This document shows, in pieces, positions 35,488-46,324 of a DNA stretch of 64,000 bases (its first letter is position 1; each line of letters begins with the position of its first letter). Made by a program: the position numbers and the translations under genes. Location of the stretch: assembly GCF_044324785.1 (NCBI RefSeq), contig NZ_CP172127.1. One strand, written 5' to 3'. The notes below the pieces were generated by a model. That model searched no databases. It was not told the origin of the DNA and worked only from the letters and a program-made list of their open reading frames with translations. Origin of the DNA: Escherichia coli (GTDB taxonomy: Bacteria > Pseudomonadota > Gammaproteobacteria > Enterobacterales > Enterobacteriaceae).

Positions 35488-36390
35488 ATGCAAATCACCA
35501 ACATGCATTGCAGTGGACAGACCGTTTCACTTGCCGCGGGGGATTATCACGCGACTATCGTGACGGTTGGTGCTGGTCTGGCTGAATTAACCTTTCAGGG
35601 TTGTCATTTAGTCATCCCGCACAAACCCGAAGAGATGCCGCTGGCGCATCTGGGTAAAGTGCTTATTCCGTGGCCGAACCGGATCGCCAACGGCTGTTAC
35701 CGCTATCAGGGGCAGGACTATCAGTTACCCATTAATGAACATAGTTCAAAAGCCGCTATTCACGGGCTGCTTGCCTGGCGTGACTGGCAAATTAGCGAAT
35801 TAACCGCCACCAGCGTTACCCTGACAGCTTTTCTGCCGCCCAGTTACGGCTATCCGTTTATGCTGGCTTCACAAGTTGTTTATTCGCTCAATGCTCGCAC
35901 GGGCCTTTCCGTTGAGATCGCAAGCCAGAATATTGGTACTGTGACCGCACCTTATGGTGTGGGTATTCATCCTTATTTAACCTGTGACTTAACGCCTGTT
36001 GATGACTATCTTTTCCAGCTTCCGGCAGAACAGGTTTATGCCGTCGATGAGCACGCAAATCCGACAACGCTTCACCACGTTGATGAGCTGAATTTAAATT
36101 TCACGCGGGCGACAAAAATAGCCGCGACAAAAATCGACCACACCTTTAAAACCGCTAATGATCTGTGGGAAATGACCATTACCCATCCACAGCATTTGCT
36201 TTCGGTGAGCCTCTGTTCCGATCAACCCTGGGTGCAGGTTTATAGCGGTGAAAAATTACAGCGTCAGGGACTGGCAGTTGAACCTATGAGTTGCCCGCCT
36301 GATGCGTTTAATTCAGGTATCGACTTATTATTACTGGAACCAGGAAAAACGCACCGCCTGTTTTTTAATATTCACGGGCAGCACAATTAA
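35488..36390 (+). CDS. yihR: Aldose-1-epimerase-family protein (sulfoquinovose mutarotase candidate)
   Basis: 300-aa ORF at the expected position in the yih cluster. Confidence 0.8.
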   Translation: MQITNMHCSGQTVSLAAGDYHATIVTVGAGLAELTFQGCHLVIPHKPEEMPLAHLGKVLIPWPNRIANGCYRYQGQDYQLPINEHSSKAAIHGLLAWRDWQISELTATSVTLTAFLPPSYGYPFMLASQVVYSLNARTGLSVEIASQNIGTVTAPYGVGIHPYLTCDLTPVDDYLFQLPAEQVYAVDEHANPTTLHHVDELNLNFTRATKIAATKIDHTFKTANDLWEMTITHPQHLLSVSLCSDQPWVQVYSGEKLQRQGLAVEPMSCPPDAFNSGIDLLLLEPGKTHRLFFNIHGQHN

Positions 36391-36450
36391 TTTTATTAAG
36401 AAAAGAACGAGATCATTGTTTAGGGTTGTATTTACACAACAGGAAAGATT

Positions 36451-37326
36451 ATGGACTTTTTTACATTATTTACGCCGGACGGGGCCATGGTGGAAACAAG
36501 CGTGGTATGTATCGTTATCGCGTTAATGTTTCTTTATACCTTTGTGGGGATATGCGCGGGATTTGGCGGTGGTTTAACCACTATGCCGCTCGTCACGTTA
36601 ATGCTCCCCGTAAAAATGGCAACTCCGCTCTCGGTGATTGTCGGCACCGCAACCGCCTTGTACGCCACCTGGCTGTCACGTAAAGAAACGGATTGGCGAT
36701 CGGCAATGGTACTGATTATTTTCTCGTTTCTGGGAATACCCGTCGGTTTATATGCGCTGTCGTATTTACCCGACCATTTTATGAAAGTGGGCTTAGGCGG
36801 ATTCCTTATCCTTTACTCGTTTTACAGCATGTTTATTCCTCGCCTGCCGATTTATGACCGTAACTGGATCGCCGCACCTATCGGCGCAGTAGCTGGTGCA
36901 TTAGGTGCGGCGTTCTCAACCAACGGACCGCCGATGGTTATCTACGGTATGCTGCGTAACTTAGGCCCGGCGGCATTTCGCGGCACTTTGAACGCTTTCT
37001 TCACCGCAAACAACATCGCGGTGATCGGCGGGCTGGCAACCAGCGGAATTTTGACTGTCTCTATCTTTAAACTGGTGTTGTTTTGTATTCCCACCATGAT
37101 CCTCGGTTCACTGGTTGGACAATATGTGCATAAACGCATTTCGGTCAAAGTGTTCCGTGTGATGGTCTTTTTATTGCTGATTGCCTCCGGTTCTATGTTG
37201 ATAAAAGGCGCGCTGGGAATTCCCGCCGCTGCCGCACTTCTGCCTCCGTTTACCTTGTTAGTTATACTGCAACTGGCATTCGGTAAAAAAGTGGCGGCAA
37301 TCCGCCGGGCTGAAGAAAGTAAATAA
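36451..37326 (+). CDS. TauE/SafE-family (DUF81) anion exporter
   Basis: 291-aa ORF, about 8 TM segments in two halves, each with a Gly-rich motif (ICAGFGGGLTTMP and GAVAGALGAAFSTNGPPMVIYG) typical of TauE/SafE sulfite/sulfonate exporters; lies between yihR and yihQ. Confidence 0.7.
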   Translation: MDFFTLFTPDGAMVETSVVCIVIALMFLYTFVGICAGFGGGLTTMPLVTLMLPVKMATPLSVIVGTATALYATWLSRKETDWRSAMVLIIFSFLGIPVGLYALSYLPDHFMKVGLGGFLILYSFYSMFIPRLPIYDRNWIAAPIGAVAGALGAAFSTNGPPMVIYGMLRNLGPAAFRGTLNAFFTANNIAVIGGLATSGILTVSIFKLVLFCIPTMILGSLVGQYVHKRISVKVFRVMVFLLLIASGSMLIKGALGIPAAAALLPPFTLLVILQLAFGKKVAAIRRAEESK

Positions 37327-37431
37327 TCATTATGCGGGTTTTAATTTATACCCGCACACATTCTTTAATTAATGAAACCTGTAATAACAGGATGGCATGA
37401 AATATTAGCTTTATATCTATGGAGATTATTT

Positions 37432-39468
37432 ATGGATACGCCACGCCCACAGTTACCAGATTTTAAATTTCATCATAATAACGACCGTTTTACCCTACGT
37501 TTTCAGGGCCGTCTTATTTTATCCCATAGTAAAGATAATCCTTGTTTATCGATTGGCTCAGGTATTGCGGATATTGATATGTTCCGTGGCAATTTCAGCA
37601 TTAAAGATAAATTGCAGGAGAAGATTGCGCTTACCGACGCTACCGTCAGCCAGTCACCGGATGGCTGGTTAATCCATTTCAGCCGTGGTTCTGACATTAG
37701 CGCCACGCTGAATATCTCTGCCGACGATCAGGGCCGTTTATTGCTGGAACTACAAAACGACAACCATCACCACAACCGCATCTGGCTGCGCCTTGCCGCT
37801 CAACCAGAGGACCATATCTACGGCTGCGGTGAACAATTCTCCTACTTTGATCTGCGCGGCAAACCGTTCCCGCTATGGACCAGTGAACAAGGCGTTGGTC
37901 GCAACAAGCAAACCTATGTCACCTGGCAGGCCGACTGCAAAGAGAACGCGGGCGGCGACTATTACTGGACTTTCTTCCCGCAGCCTACGTTTGTCAGCAC
38001 GCAGAAGTATTACTGCCATGTTGATAACAGTTGCTACATGAACTTCGACTTTAGTGCCCCGGATTACCACGAACTGGCGCTGTGGGAAGACAAAGCAACG
38101 CTGCGTTTTGAATGTGCTGATACATACATCTCCCTGCTGGAAAAATTAACTGCCCTGCTGGGACGCCAGCCAGAACTGCCCGACTGGATTTATGACGGGG
38201 TAACGCTCGGCATTCAGGGCGGGACGGAAGTGTGTCAGAAGAAACTGGACACCATGCGTAACGCGGGCGTGAAGGTTAACGGCATCTGGGCGCAGGACTG
38301 GTCCGGGATCCGTATGACCTCTTTTGGCAAACGCGTGATGTGGAACTGGAAGTGGAACAGCGAAAACTATCCGCAACTGGACTCACGTATTAAGCAGTGG
38401 AACAAAGAGGGCGTTCAGTTCCTTGCCTATATCAACCCGTATGTCGCCAGTGATAAAGACCTCTGTGCCGAAGCAGCAAAACACGGCTATCTGGCAAAAG
38501 ATGCCTGTGGCGGTGACTATCTGGTGGAATTCGGCGAGTTCTACGGCGGCGTTGTCGATCTCACTAATCCGGAAGCCTACGCCTGGTTCAAGGAAGTGAT
38601 CAAAAAGAACATGATTGAACTCGGCTGCGGCGGCTGGATGGCTGACTTCGGCGAGTATCTGCCCACCGACACTTACCTGCATAACGGCGTTAGCGCCGAA
38701 ATTATGCATAACGCCTGGCCCGCACTGTGGGCGAAGTGTAACTACGAAGCCCTTGAAGAAACGGGCAAGCTCGGCGAGATCCTTTTCTTTATGCGCGCCG
38801 GTTCTACCGGTAGCCAGAAATACTCCACCATGATGTGGGCGGGCGACCAGAACGTCGACTGGAGTCTGGACGATGGCCTGGCGTCGGTCGTCCCGGCGGC
38901 GCTGTCGCTGGCAATGACCGGACATGGCCTGCATCACAGTGACATTGGCGGTTATACCACCCTGTTTGAGATGAAGCGCAGCAAAGAGCTGCTGCTGCGC
39001 TGGTGCGATTTCAGCGCCTTCACGCCGATGATGCGCACCCACGAAGGCAACCGCCCCGGTGACAACTGGCAGTTTGACGGCGACGCGGAAACTATCGCCC
39101 ATTTTGCCCGTATGACCACCGTCTTCACCACCCTGAAACCTTACCTGAAAGAGGCCGTCGCGCTGAATGCGAAATCCGGCCTGCCAGTTATGCGCCCGCT
39201 GTTCCTGCATTACGAAGACGACGCGCAGACCTACACCCTGAAATATCAGTACCTGTTAGGCCGCGACATTCTGGTCGCTCCGGTGCATGAAGAAGGCCGT
39301 AGCGACTGGACGCTCTATCTGCCGGAGGATAACTGGGTCCATGCCTGGACGGGAGAAACCTTCCACGGGGGAGAAATAACCGTTGAAGCGCCCATCGGCA
39401 AGCCGCCGGTCTTTTATCGCGCCGATAGCGAATGGGCGGCACTGTTCGCGTCGTTAAAAAGCATCTAA
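37432..39468 (+). CDS. yihQ: Sulfoquinovosidase (GH31 alpha-glycosidase)
   Basis: ORF 37372..39468; start set at MDTPRPQLPDFKFHHNNDRFTL (678 aa). Confidence 0.9.
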   Translation: MDTPRPQLPDFKFHHNNDRFTLRFQGRLILSHSKDNPCLSIGSGIADIDMFRGNFSIKDKLQEKIALTDATVSQSPDGWLIHFSRGSDISATLNISADDQGRLLLELQNDNHHHNRIWLRLAAQPEDHIYGCGEQFSYFDLRGKPFPLWTSEQGVGRNKQTYVTWQADCKENAGGDYYWTFFPQPTFVSTQKYYCHVDNSCYMNFDFSAPDYHELALWEDKATLRFECADTYISLLEKLTALLGRQPELPDWIYDGVTLGIQGGTEVCQKKLDTMRNAGVKVNGIWAQDWSGIRMTSFGKRVMWNWKWNSENYPQLDSRIKQWNKEGVQFLAYINPYVASDKDLCAEAAKHGYLAKDACGGDYLVEFGEFYGGVVDLTNPEAYAWFKEVIKKNMIELGCGGWMADFGEYLPTDTYLHNGVSAEIMHNAWPALWAKCNYEALEETGKLGEILFFMRAGSTGSQKYSTMMWAGDQNVDWSLDDGLASVVPAALSLAMTGHGLHHSDIGGYTTLFEMKRSKELLLRWCDFSAFTPMMRTHEGNRPGDNWQFDGDAETIAHFARMTTVFTTLKPYLKEAVALNAKSGLPVMRPLFLHYEDDAQTYTLKYQYLLGRDILVAPVHEEGRSDWTLYLPEDNWVHAWTGETFHGGEITVEAPIGKPPVFYRADSEWAALFASLKSI

Positions 39469-39513
39469 TCACGTCCGCCCGTGGGGAAACTCACGGGCAA
39501 AGGGAGAACAACG

Positions 39514-40899
39514 ATGAGTCACATCACAACGGAAGATCCGGCTACTTTACGTCTGCCCTTTAAAGAGAAACTCTCTTACGGTATCGGCGATCTGGCCTCT
39601 AACATCCTGCTGGATATCGGCACGCTTTATCTTTTGAAGTTTTATACCGACGTTCTGGGGCTGCCCGGCACCTATGGCGGCATTATCTTTTTGATTTCAA
39701 AGTTCTTTACCGCCTTTACCGATATGGGTACCGGCATTATGTTGGATTCCCGACGCAAGATCGGTCCAAAAGGCAAATTCCGCCCTTTTATTCTGTATGC
39801 ATCATTCCCGGTCACCCTGTTGGCGATCGCCAACTTTATCGGCACACCGTTTGATGTCACCGGTAAAACGGTGATGGCCACCATCCTGTTTATGCTTTAC
39901 GGACTGTTTTTCAGCATGATGAACTGCTCCTACGGCGCAATGGTCCCCGCTATTACTAAAAACCCCAACGAACGTGCATCGCTGGCAGCATGGCGTCAGG
40001 GTGGCGCTACATTGGGCCTGCTGCTGTGTACGGTGGGATTCGTGCCGGTTATGAATCTTATCGAAGGTAATCAGCAACTTGGCTATATCTTCGCCGCCAC
40101 GCTGTTTTCACTGTTCGGCCTGCTGTTTATGTGGATCTGCTACTCGGGCGTGAAAGAGCGTTATGTCGAAACCCAACCTGCAAATCCGGCGCAAAAGCCT
40201 GGCCTGCTGCAGTCTTTCCGCGCGATTGCTGGTAACCGCCCACTATTCATTCTGTGTATTGCCAACCTCTGCACTTTAGGGGCGTTTAACGTCAAGCTCG
40301 CCATTCAGGTCTATTACACGCAGTACGTGCTTAACGATCCCATCCTGTTGTCGTATATGGGATTTTTCAGCATGGGCTGTATTTTCATCGGCGTGTTCCT
40401 GATGCCTGGTGCAGTCAGACGTTTTGGTAAGAAGAAGGTCTATATCGGCGGCCTGCTGATTTGGGTGCTGGGCGATCTGCTCAACTATTTCTTTGGCGGC
40501 GGCTCGGTCAGCTTTGTGGCGTTCTCCTGCCTGGCGTTCTTCGGCTCAGCGTTTGTTAACAGCCTGAACTGGGCGCTGGTTTCTGACACCGTCGAGTACG
40601 GCGAGTGGCGCACCGGTGTGCGTTCGGAAGGTACGGTCTACACCGGCTTCACTTTCTTTCGCAAAGTGTCTCAGGCGCTGGCTGGTTTCTTCCCCGGCTG
40701 GATGCTGACGCAAATCGGCTATGTGCCAAACGTGGCGCAGGCTGACCATACCATCGAAGGTTTACGCCAGCTGATCTTCATCTACCCAAGCGCACTGGCG
40801 GTAGTCACCATTGTGGCGATGGGTTGCTTCTACAGTCTGAACGAGAAAATGTACGTCCGCATTGTTGAAGAAATAGAAGCCCGTAAACGCACGGCATAA
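39514..40899 (+). CDS. yihP: GPH-family sugar:cation symporter
   Basis: ORF 39481..40899; start uncertain (MGKLTG... at 39481 or MSHITTEDP... at 39514); multi-TM; paralogous to yihO. Confidence 0.85.
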   Translation: MSHITTEDPATLRLPFKEKLSYGIGDLASNILLDIGTLYLLKFYTDVLGLPGTYGGIIFLISKFFTAFTDMGTGIMLDSRRKIGPKGKFRPFILYASFPVTLLAIANFIGTPFDVTGKTVMATILFMLYGLFFSMMNCSYGAMVPAITKNPNERASLAAWRQGGATLGLLLCTVGFVPVMNLIEGNQQLGYIFAATLFSLFGLLFMWICYSGVKERYVETQPANPAQKPGLLQSFRAIAGNRPLFILCIANLCTLGAFNVKLAIQVYYTQYVLNDPILLSYMGFFSMGCIFIGVFLMPGAVRRFGKKKVYIGGLLIWVLGDLLNYFFGGGSVSFVAFSCLAFFGSAFVNSLNWALVSDTVEYGEWRTGVRSEGTVYTGFTFFRKVSQALAGFFPGWMLTQIGYVPNVAQADHTIEGLRQLIFIYPSALAVVTIVAMGCFYSLNEKMYVRIVEEIEARKRTA

Positions 40900-42202
40900 A
40901 TAATAAACAACGCCCTGCGGGGCGTTATAAGGAGTGATTATGTCTGACCATAATCCACTGACATTAAGACTGAATCTGCGGGAAAAAATCGCCTATGGCA
41001 TGGGCGACGTCGGTTCGAATTTAATGCTTAGCATCGGCACTCTGTATCTCCTCAAATTTTATACCGATGAATTAGGGATGCCTGCTTACTATGGCGGGAT
41101 TATCTTTCTGGTAGCGAAGTTTTTTACCGCGTTTACCGATATGCTCACCGGATTTTTACTCGACTCGCGGAAAAATATTGGGCCTAAAGGCAAATTTCGT
41201 CCCTTTATTTTATATGCAGCGGTTCCGGCGGCGTTAATTGCAACGCTCCAGTTTATCGCCACCACTTTTAGTTTGCCGGTTAAAACGACGATTGCCACCG
41301 CGCTGTTTATGATGTTTGGACTTTCATACAGTCTGATGAACTGCTCGTATGGCGCGATGATCCCGGCAATTACCAAAAACCCCAATGAGCGCGCGCAGCT
41401 TGCGGCTTACCGCCAGGGTGGTGCAACCATAGGGCTATTGATTTGTACCGTGGCGTTTATTCCGTTGCAGTCGCTTTTTTCTGACTCCACCGTCGGTTAT
41501 GCCTGTGCGGCACTTATGTTCTCCATTGGCGGCTTTATTTTTATGATGCTGTGCTACAGAGGCGTCAAAGAGCATTATGTGGACACAACGCCAACCGGAC
41601 ATAAAGCCAGTATTCTCAAATCATTTTGCGCGATATTTCGGAATCCGCCATTGCTGGTTTTGTGCATTGCTAACCTGTGTACCCTGGCGGCATTTAATAT
41701 CAAACTGGCGATTCAGGTCTATTACACCCAGTATGTGCTGAATGATATTAACTTATTGTCGTGGATGGGATTCTTCAGTATGGGATGCATCCTCATCGGC
41801 GTATTGCTGGTGCCATTAAGCGTAAAATGTTTTGGTAAAAAACAGGTTTATTTAGCTGGCATGGTGCTGTGGGCGGTGGGGGATATCCTGAATTATTTCT
41901 GGGGAAGTAACTCTTTCACTTTCGTCATGTTCTCTTGTATCGCCTTTTTTGGCACGGCCTTTGTAAACAGCCTGAACTGGGCACTGGTGCCAGATACCGT
42001 AGATTACGGTGAATGGAAAACCGGTATTCGTGCCGAAGGTTCTGTTTATACCGGTTATACCTTCTTTCGTAAAATTTCTGCCGCACTTGCTGGCTTCTTG
42101 CCAGGCATTATGCTGACGCAAATCGGTTATATTCCCAACATCGCGCAGGTGATGCTGCCAACTTACTGATTTAGTGTATGATGGTGTTTTTGAGGTGCTC
42201 CA

Positions 42203-42478
42203 GTGGCTTCTGTTTCTATCAGCTGTCCCTCCTGTTCAGCTACTGACGGGGTGGTGCGTAACGGCAAAAGCACCGCCGGACATCAGCGCTATCTCTGCTC
42301 TCACTGCCGTAAAACATGGCAACTGCAGTTCACTTACACCGCTTCTCAACCCGGTACGCACCAGAAAATCATTGATATGGCCATGAATGGCGTTGGATGC
42401 CGGGCAACTGCCCGCATTATGGGCGTTGGCCTCAACACGATTTTACGTCACTTAAAAAACTCAGGCCGCAGTCGGTAA
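42203..42478 (+). CDS. insA: IS1 protein InsA
   Basis: 91-aa [46 protein letters not shown]... Confidence 0.95.
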
Positions 42479-42900
42479 CCTCGCGCATACAGCCGGGCAG
42501 TGACGTCATCGTCTGCGCGGAAATGGACGAACAGTGGGGCTATGTCGGGGCTAAATCGCGCCAGCGCTGGCTGTTTTACGCGTATGACAGTCTCCGGAAG
42601 ACGGTTGTTGCGCACGTATTCGGTGAACGCACTATGGCGACGCTGGGGCGTCTTATGAGCCTGCTGTCACCCTTTGACGTGGTGATATGGATGACGGATG
42701 GCTGGCCGCTGTATGAATCCCGCCTGAAGGGAAAGCTGCACGTAATCAGCAAGCGATATACGCAGCGAATTGAGCGGCATAACCTGAATCTGAGGCAGCA
42801 CCTGGCACGGCTGGGACGGAAGTCGCTGTCGTTTTCAAAATCGGTGGAGCTGCATGACAAAGTCATCGGGCATTATCTGAACATAAAACACTATCAATAA
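42397..42900 (+). CDS. insB: IS1 transposase InsB frame (expressed as InsAB' fusion by -1 frameshift)
   Basis: 167-aa ORF overlapping the insA 3' end in the -1 frame. Confidence 0.9.
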
Positions 42901-43186
42901 GTTGGAGTCATTACCCATCGCGCAAAGTGATGCGACATTACAGGGTTTGCGTCAGCTCATTTTTATCTGGCCTTGTGCACTGGCAATTATTGCTGCATTG
43001 ACGATGGGATTCTTTTACACACTCAATGAAAAACGGTTTGCGTTGATTATTGAGGAAATCAACCAACGCAAAAATAAAGAGATGGCGACAGAAGAAAAAA
43101 CGGCTTCCGTAACGTTATAAATGTCAATAGCCGCTATTTCCATCCTGGTGGGTGGCGGCCTCCCTACGTTTAAAAATGGACTTATT

Positions 43187-43879
43187 ATGAAAAATATTAA
43201 TGCAATAATTTTATTATCTTCTCTGACCTCTGCCTCAGTATTCGCTGGCGCATACGTCGAAAACAGGGAGGCATATAATCTCGCCTCCGATCAGGGCGAG
43301 GTTATGCTACGTGTGGGTTATAACTTCGATATGGGCGCGGGTATTATGTTAACCAATACCTACACCTTTCAGCGAGAAGATGAACTAAAACATGGATATA
43401 ACGAAATTGAAGGTTGGTATCCTTTATTTAAACCAACCGATAAATTAACCATCCAGCCCGGTGGCTTAATTAATGACAAGAGTATCGGTTCGGGTGGTGC
43501 CGTTTATCTGGATGTTAACTACAAATTTACTCCGTGGTTTAACCTGACGGTGCGTAATCGCTATAACCATAATAATTACAGCTCTACAGATTTGAACGGC
43601 GAATTGGATAATAACGACACCTATGAAGTTGGCACCTACTGGAACTTTAAAATAACAGAAAAATTTTCCTATACATTTGAACCACATTACTTCATGCGAG
43701 TGAATGACTTTAATAGTAGCAACGGGAAAGATCATCATTGGGAAATCACTAACACCTTCCGTTACCGTATTAATGAACACTGGCTTCCTTATTTCGAATT
43801 GCGCTGGTTAGACCGCAACGTCGAACCGTACCACCGCGAGCAAAACCAGATCCGTATCGGGACGAAGTATTTCTTCTGA
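43187..43879 (+). CDS. ompL: KdgM/OmpL-family small outer-membrane porin
   Basis: ORF 43121..43879; start set at MKNINAIILLSSLTSASVFA (signal peptide, 230 aa); C-terminal ...IRIGTKYFF. Confidence 0.88.
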   Translation: MKNINAIILLSSLTSASVFAGAYVENREAYNLASDQGEVMLRVGYNFDMGAGIMLTNTYTFQREDELKHGYNEIEGWYPLFKPTDKLTIQPGGLINDKSIGSGGAVYLDVNYKFTPWFNLTVRNRYNHNNYSSTDLNGELDNNDTYEVGTYWNFKITEKFSYTFEPHYFMRVNDFNSSNGKDHHWEITNTFRYRINEHWLPYFELRWLDRNVEPYHREQNQIRIGTKYFF

Positions 43880-43886
43880 TGTGAAA

Positions 43887-43965
<79 letters not shown>

Positions 43966-43969
43966 CTAA

Positions 43970-45235
43970 TTAAGCTTCAGCCGCCAGCATCTCTTTCTTA
44001 CGTTGGCTAATACGCTTAACCAGCATTACGGAAACCACCGCACCACAGAATGCGAAGCAGGCCATAATGCCAAACACGATTTTGTAGCCAATAATCCCCG
44101 GATTTAAATCCAGAATGTAGCCATACAGACTGAAGCAGAACATCGCCGGGGCGTAACCAATAAAGCTACCCAACGCCATCGCCGCGCCTGTTTTATTTTC
44201 AGCAATTTTTGCTTCGCCGATAGGTGCAAAAAATACGGCTCGCTGTGTAAAGACTATCGCGCCAAAGCCCAGCGTACATGCCATCCCTAAATAGACCGGC
44301 ATACTTTCGTGCGGCAGCATAATCAACAGTACGAGCGCAGCGGTACTGATGATAAAGGTGTAACATAGATATTTACTCGGCGATTTCAGGATCTTATCTG
44401 AAATCATGCCACCAATCGGTCCACCAATCATTTTCAGACAGTATTGGTTAATGATGCCGTAAGCCCCCACCAGCGCAACGGGCAATAGATAGATGTTTTT
44501 CAGGAATGGAATGAAGAATGTCAGGCCACAGTAAACCGCGTAAACGAAGAAGACGTTGAAAGCGATAAGCCAGATAGTTTTGTCTTTCAGCACCGAGGTC
44601 ATACTGGTGTTTTTCGATGCTCCGTCTTCTTTTTTCACCTCAACGGACGGTGCCTCTTCTTTGTCATTCAGAACAAAGAAAATGATAATGCCTACGGCAA
44701 TCACAATAAGGGAATAGAACCAGATGCCTGCTTTAAAACCCAATAAGCCACTGCCAAACCAGGTAAATACTGCCAACGCAGAAAATGCCACCACGGTATC
44801 GACAATGCCACGCCCTGTTTCGAAGAAGCCAAACAACCGACCTTGTTGTTCGCTATTGCCTAATCGACTTACCGACTTGAGCAAGACCGGCCAGTTCATC
44901 ATGTCGCAAGTAACGCCAAATAGCGCCCAGACAAAGAGGATGCCCCAATACCCCGGCATTGTCGTCAAATAAACACCCAGTAATCCTGTCGCAATGAGTG
45001 AGAATGACATGGTGTATCTGCGCGGTAGTTTATCGGCAAAATAAATAGACAGAAAAAAGCCCACTGTCGTGACAAATGAGTTTACCGACATAGCATTACC
45101 AATTTGACCATTGGTCAAATGGAAATATTCCTGCATCGGGATATAAAACGCATCTTTCAGCGACGGTAATTTATAAATTGTACCGCCACACAATGTTAAT
45201 AGACTAAATAACGCCCATTTCTTTTTCGTGAGCAT
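43970..45235 (-). CDS. yihN: MFS-family transporter
   Basis: 421-aa multi-TM ORF MLTKKKWALFSLLTLCGGTIYKLPSLKDAFYIPMQEYFHL... Confidence 0.88.
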   Translation of the reverse strand: MLTKKKWALFSLLTLCGGTIYKLPSLKDAFYIPMQEYFHLTNGQIGNAMSVNSFVTTVGFFLSIYFADKLPRRYTMSFSLIATGLLGVYLTTMPGYWGILFVWALFGVTCDMMNWPVLLKSVSRLGNSEQQGRLFGFFETGRGIVDTVVAFSALAVFTWFGSGLLGFKAGIWFYSLIVIAVGIIIFFVLNDKEEAPSVEVKKEDGASKNTSMTSVLKDKTIWLIAFNVFFVYAVYCGLTFFIPFLKNIYLLPVALVGAYGIINQYCLKMIGGPIGGMISDKILKSPSKYLCYTFIISTAALVLLIMLPHESMPVYLGMACTLGFGAIVFTQRAVFFAPIGEAKIAENKTGAAMALGSFIGYAPAMFCFSLYGYILDLNPGIIGYKIVFGIMACFAFCGAVVSVMLVKRISQRKKEMLAAEA

Positions 45236-45336
45236 AACATCCCCTAAGCGATTTTTAAAATCACTGTTTTAAAGGCAATAAGATACCGACCATTCATATC
45301 GAATGGTTTTATTAACTGCGTATGAGTTAAAACTTA

Positions 45337-46317
45337 TTAGTGGTTCAGAAGATGGTTTGCCTCTTGTTTGATTTGTTGTAGTACGTTACGCACATGATTT
45401 ATCTGATTAATTGCATCTTCTTTTTCTTTACGTAACCGCGCATCCAGTAAATGATTTTCTGGCAATGGTGTTTCACTCATCTGGCGATAAGGGATCCACG
45501 GATTATCATCTTCGTCTTCAAAGCGGAACGCCGGCGCATAGTAATCAACCTCTTCTTCCAGGCCATATGCCGTCACCTGCGGCTCATCATCACCAAGGCA
45601 GATAAGGTGCGTTAATAACGCTTTGAACGGCATATCACCCTGACCTGAAATACAGGCTTTATGACCCAGGCCACCCTGTTCTTTAACGATCAAGGCATCT
45701 TTAATATGGACCTGGGTAATATGCGGTGCCATCGTTTTTAAGGCGTCGATGGGATGCTCATTTGCATTGATCATGTTCGCAAAATCAAACAGTAAGGAAA
45801 GAGACTCCATCTCACTTTCTTTGACCAGCGACACCAGCTCATGACTTTTTAAATCTTCATGCTGCTCAATCGTAAAAGTCAGGCCGCTGTCCTGATACGT
45901 TTCCCGTACATAGGCAATGTCGTTAGCGATAATCGATAATACGTCGCGCAAATTACCTTCATAACGTGGATAAAAACGTACGGACGATGCCCCAGTTTTC
46001 AACGCAATGGCGACGGCTTCGTCAATAGATGCCTTATCTGAAGCGCTGGTTTCAATATGAATATCAAGGTTCAGACGGCGGGCTTTATCCCCAAAGGCAG
46101 AGAGTTCTTTATCGTCCATATTACCAAGAGAAAAACGCTCGCCATCCAGAACATGGATTTTGACGCCACGTAGATTATTTTCACTTGCGATATCAAGTAA
46201 ATCAGCAGGCAACACTCTTTCCAGCCGCATATTTAAATGAAAGGCATAAGCATGTAAATAAAGAGGAAGAGTGTCGACACGTTGTAGAATCTTTCTTGCG
46301 TTATTTATTGTCACCAT
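45337..46317 (-). CDS. yihM: Sugar-phosphate isomerase/epimerase (TIM-barrel) family protein
   Basis: 326-aa ORF at the expected position. Confidence 0.85.
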   Translation of the reverse strand: MVTINNARKILQRVDTLPLYLHAYAFHLNMRLERVLPADLLDIASENNLRGVKIHVLDGERFSLGNMDDKELSAFGDKARRLNLDIHIETSASDKASIDEAVAIALKTGASSVRFYPRYEGNLRDVLSIIANDIAYVRETYQDSGLTFTIEQHEDLKSHELVSLVKESEMESLSLLFDFANMINANEHPIDALKTMAPHITQVHIKDALIVKEQGGLGHKACISGQGDMPFKALLTHLICLGDDEPQVTAYGLEEEVDYYAPAFRFEDEDDNPWIPYRQMSETPLPENHLLDARLRKEKEDAINQINHVRNVLQQIKQEANHLLNH

Positions 46318-46324
46318 AAAACAC

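Larger units (their letters stand above)
42148..42915 (+). mobile_element. IS1 insertion sequence, complete 768 bp, flanked by 9-bp target duplication CATCGCGCA
   Basis: Left end ggtgatgctgccaacttactgatttagtgtatgatggtg at 42148; right end ...cactatcaataagttggagtcattacc at 42915; direct repeats catcgcgca at 42139..42147 and 42916..42924. Confidence 0.95.
40940..43120 (+). pseudogene. yihO: GPH-family transporter yihO interrupted by IS1
   Basis: Reading frame MSDHNPLTLRLNLREKIAYGMGD...QIGYIPNIAQ is broken at 42147 by IS1 and resumes after 42915 as SDATLQGLRQLIFIWPCALAIIAALTMGFFYTLNEK... (ORF 42902..43120). Confidence 0.9.

Noticed and set aside
38383-39210. 275-aa minus-strand ORF
   Set aside because: Antisense to yihQ.
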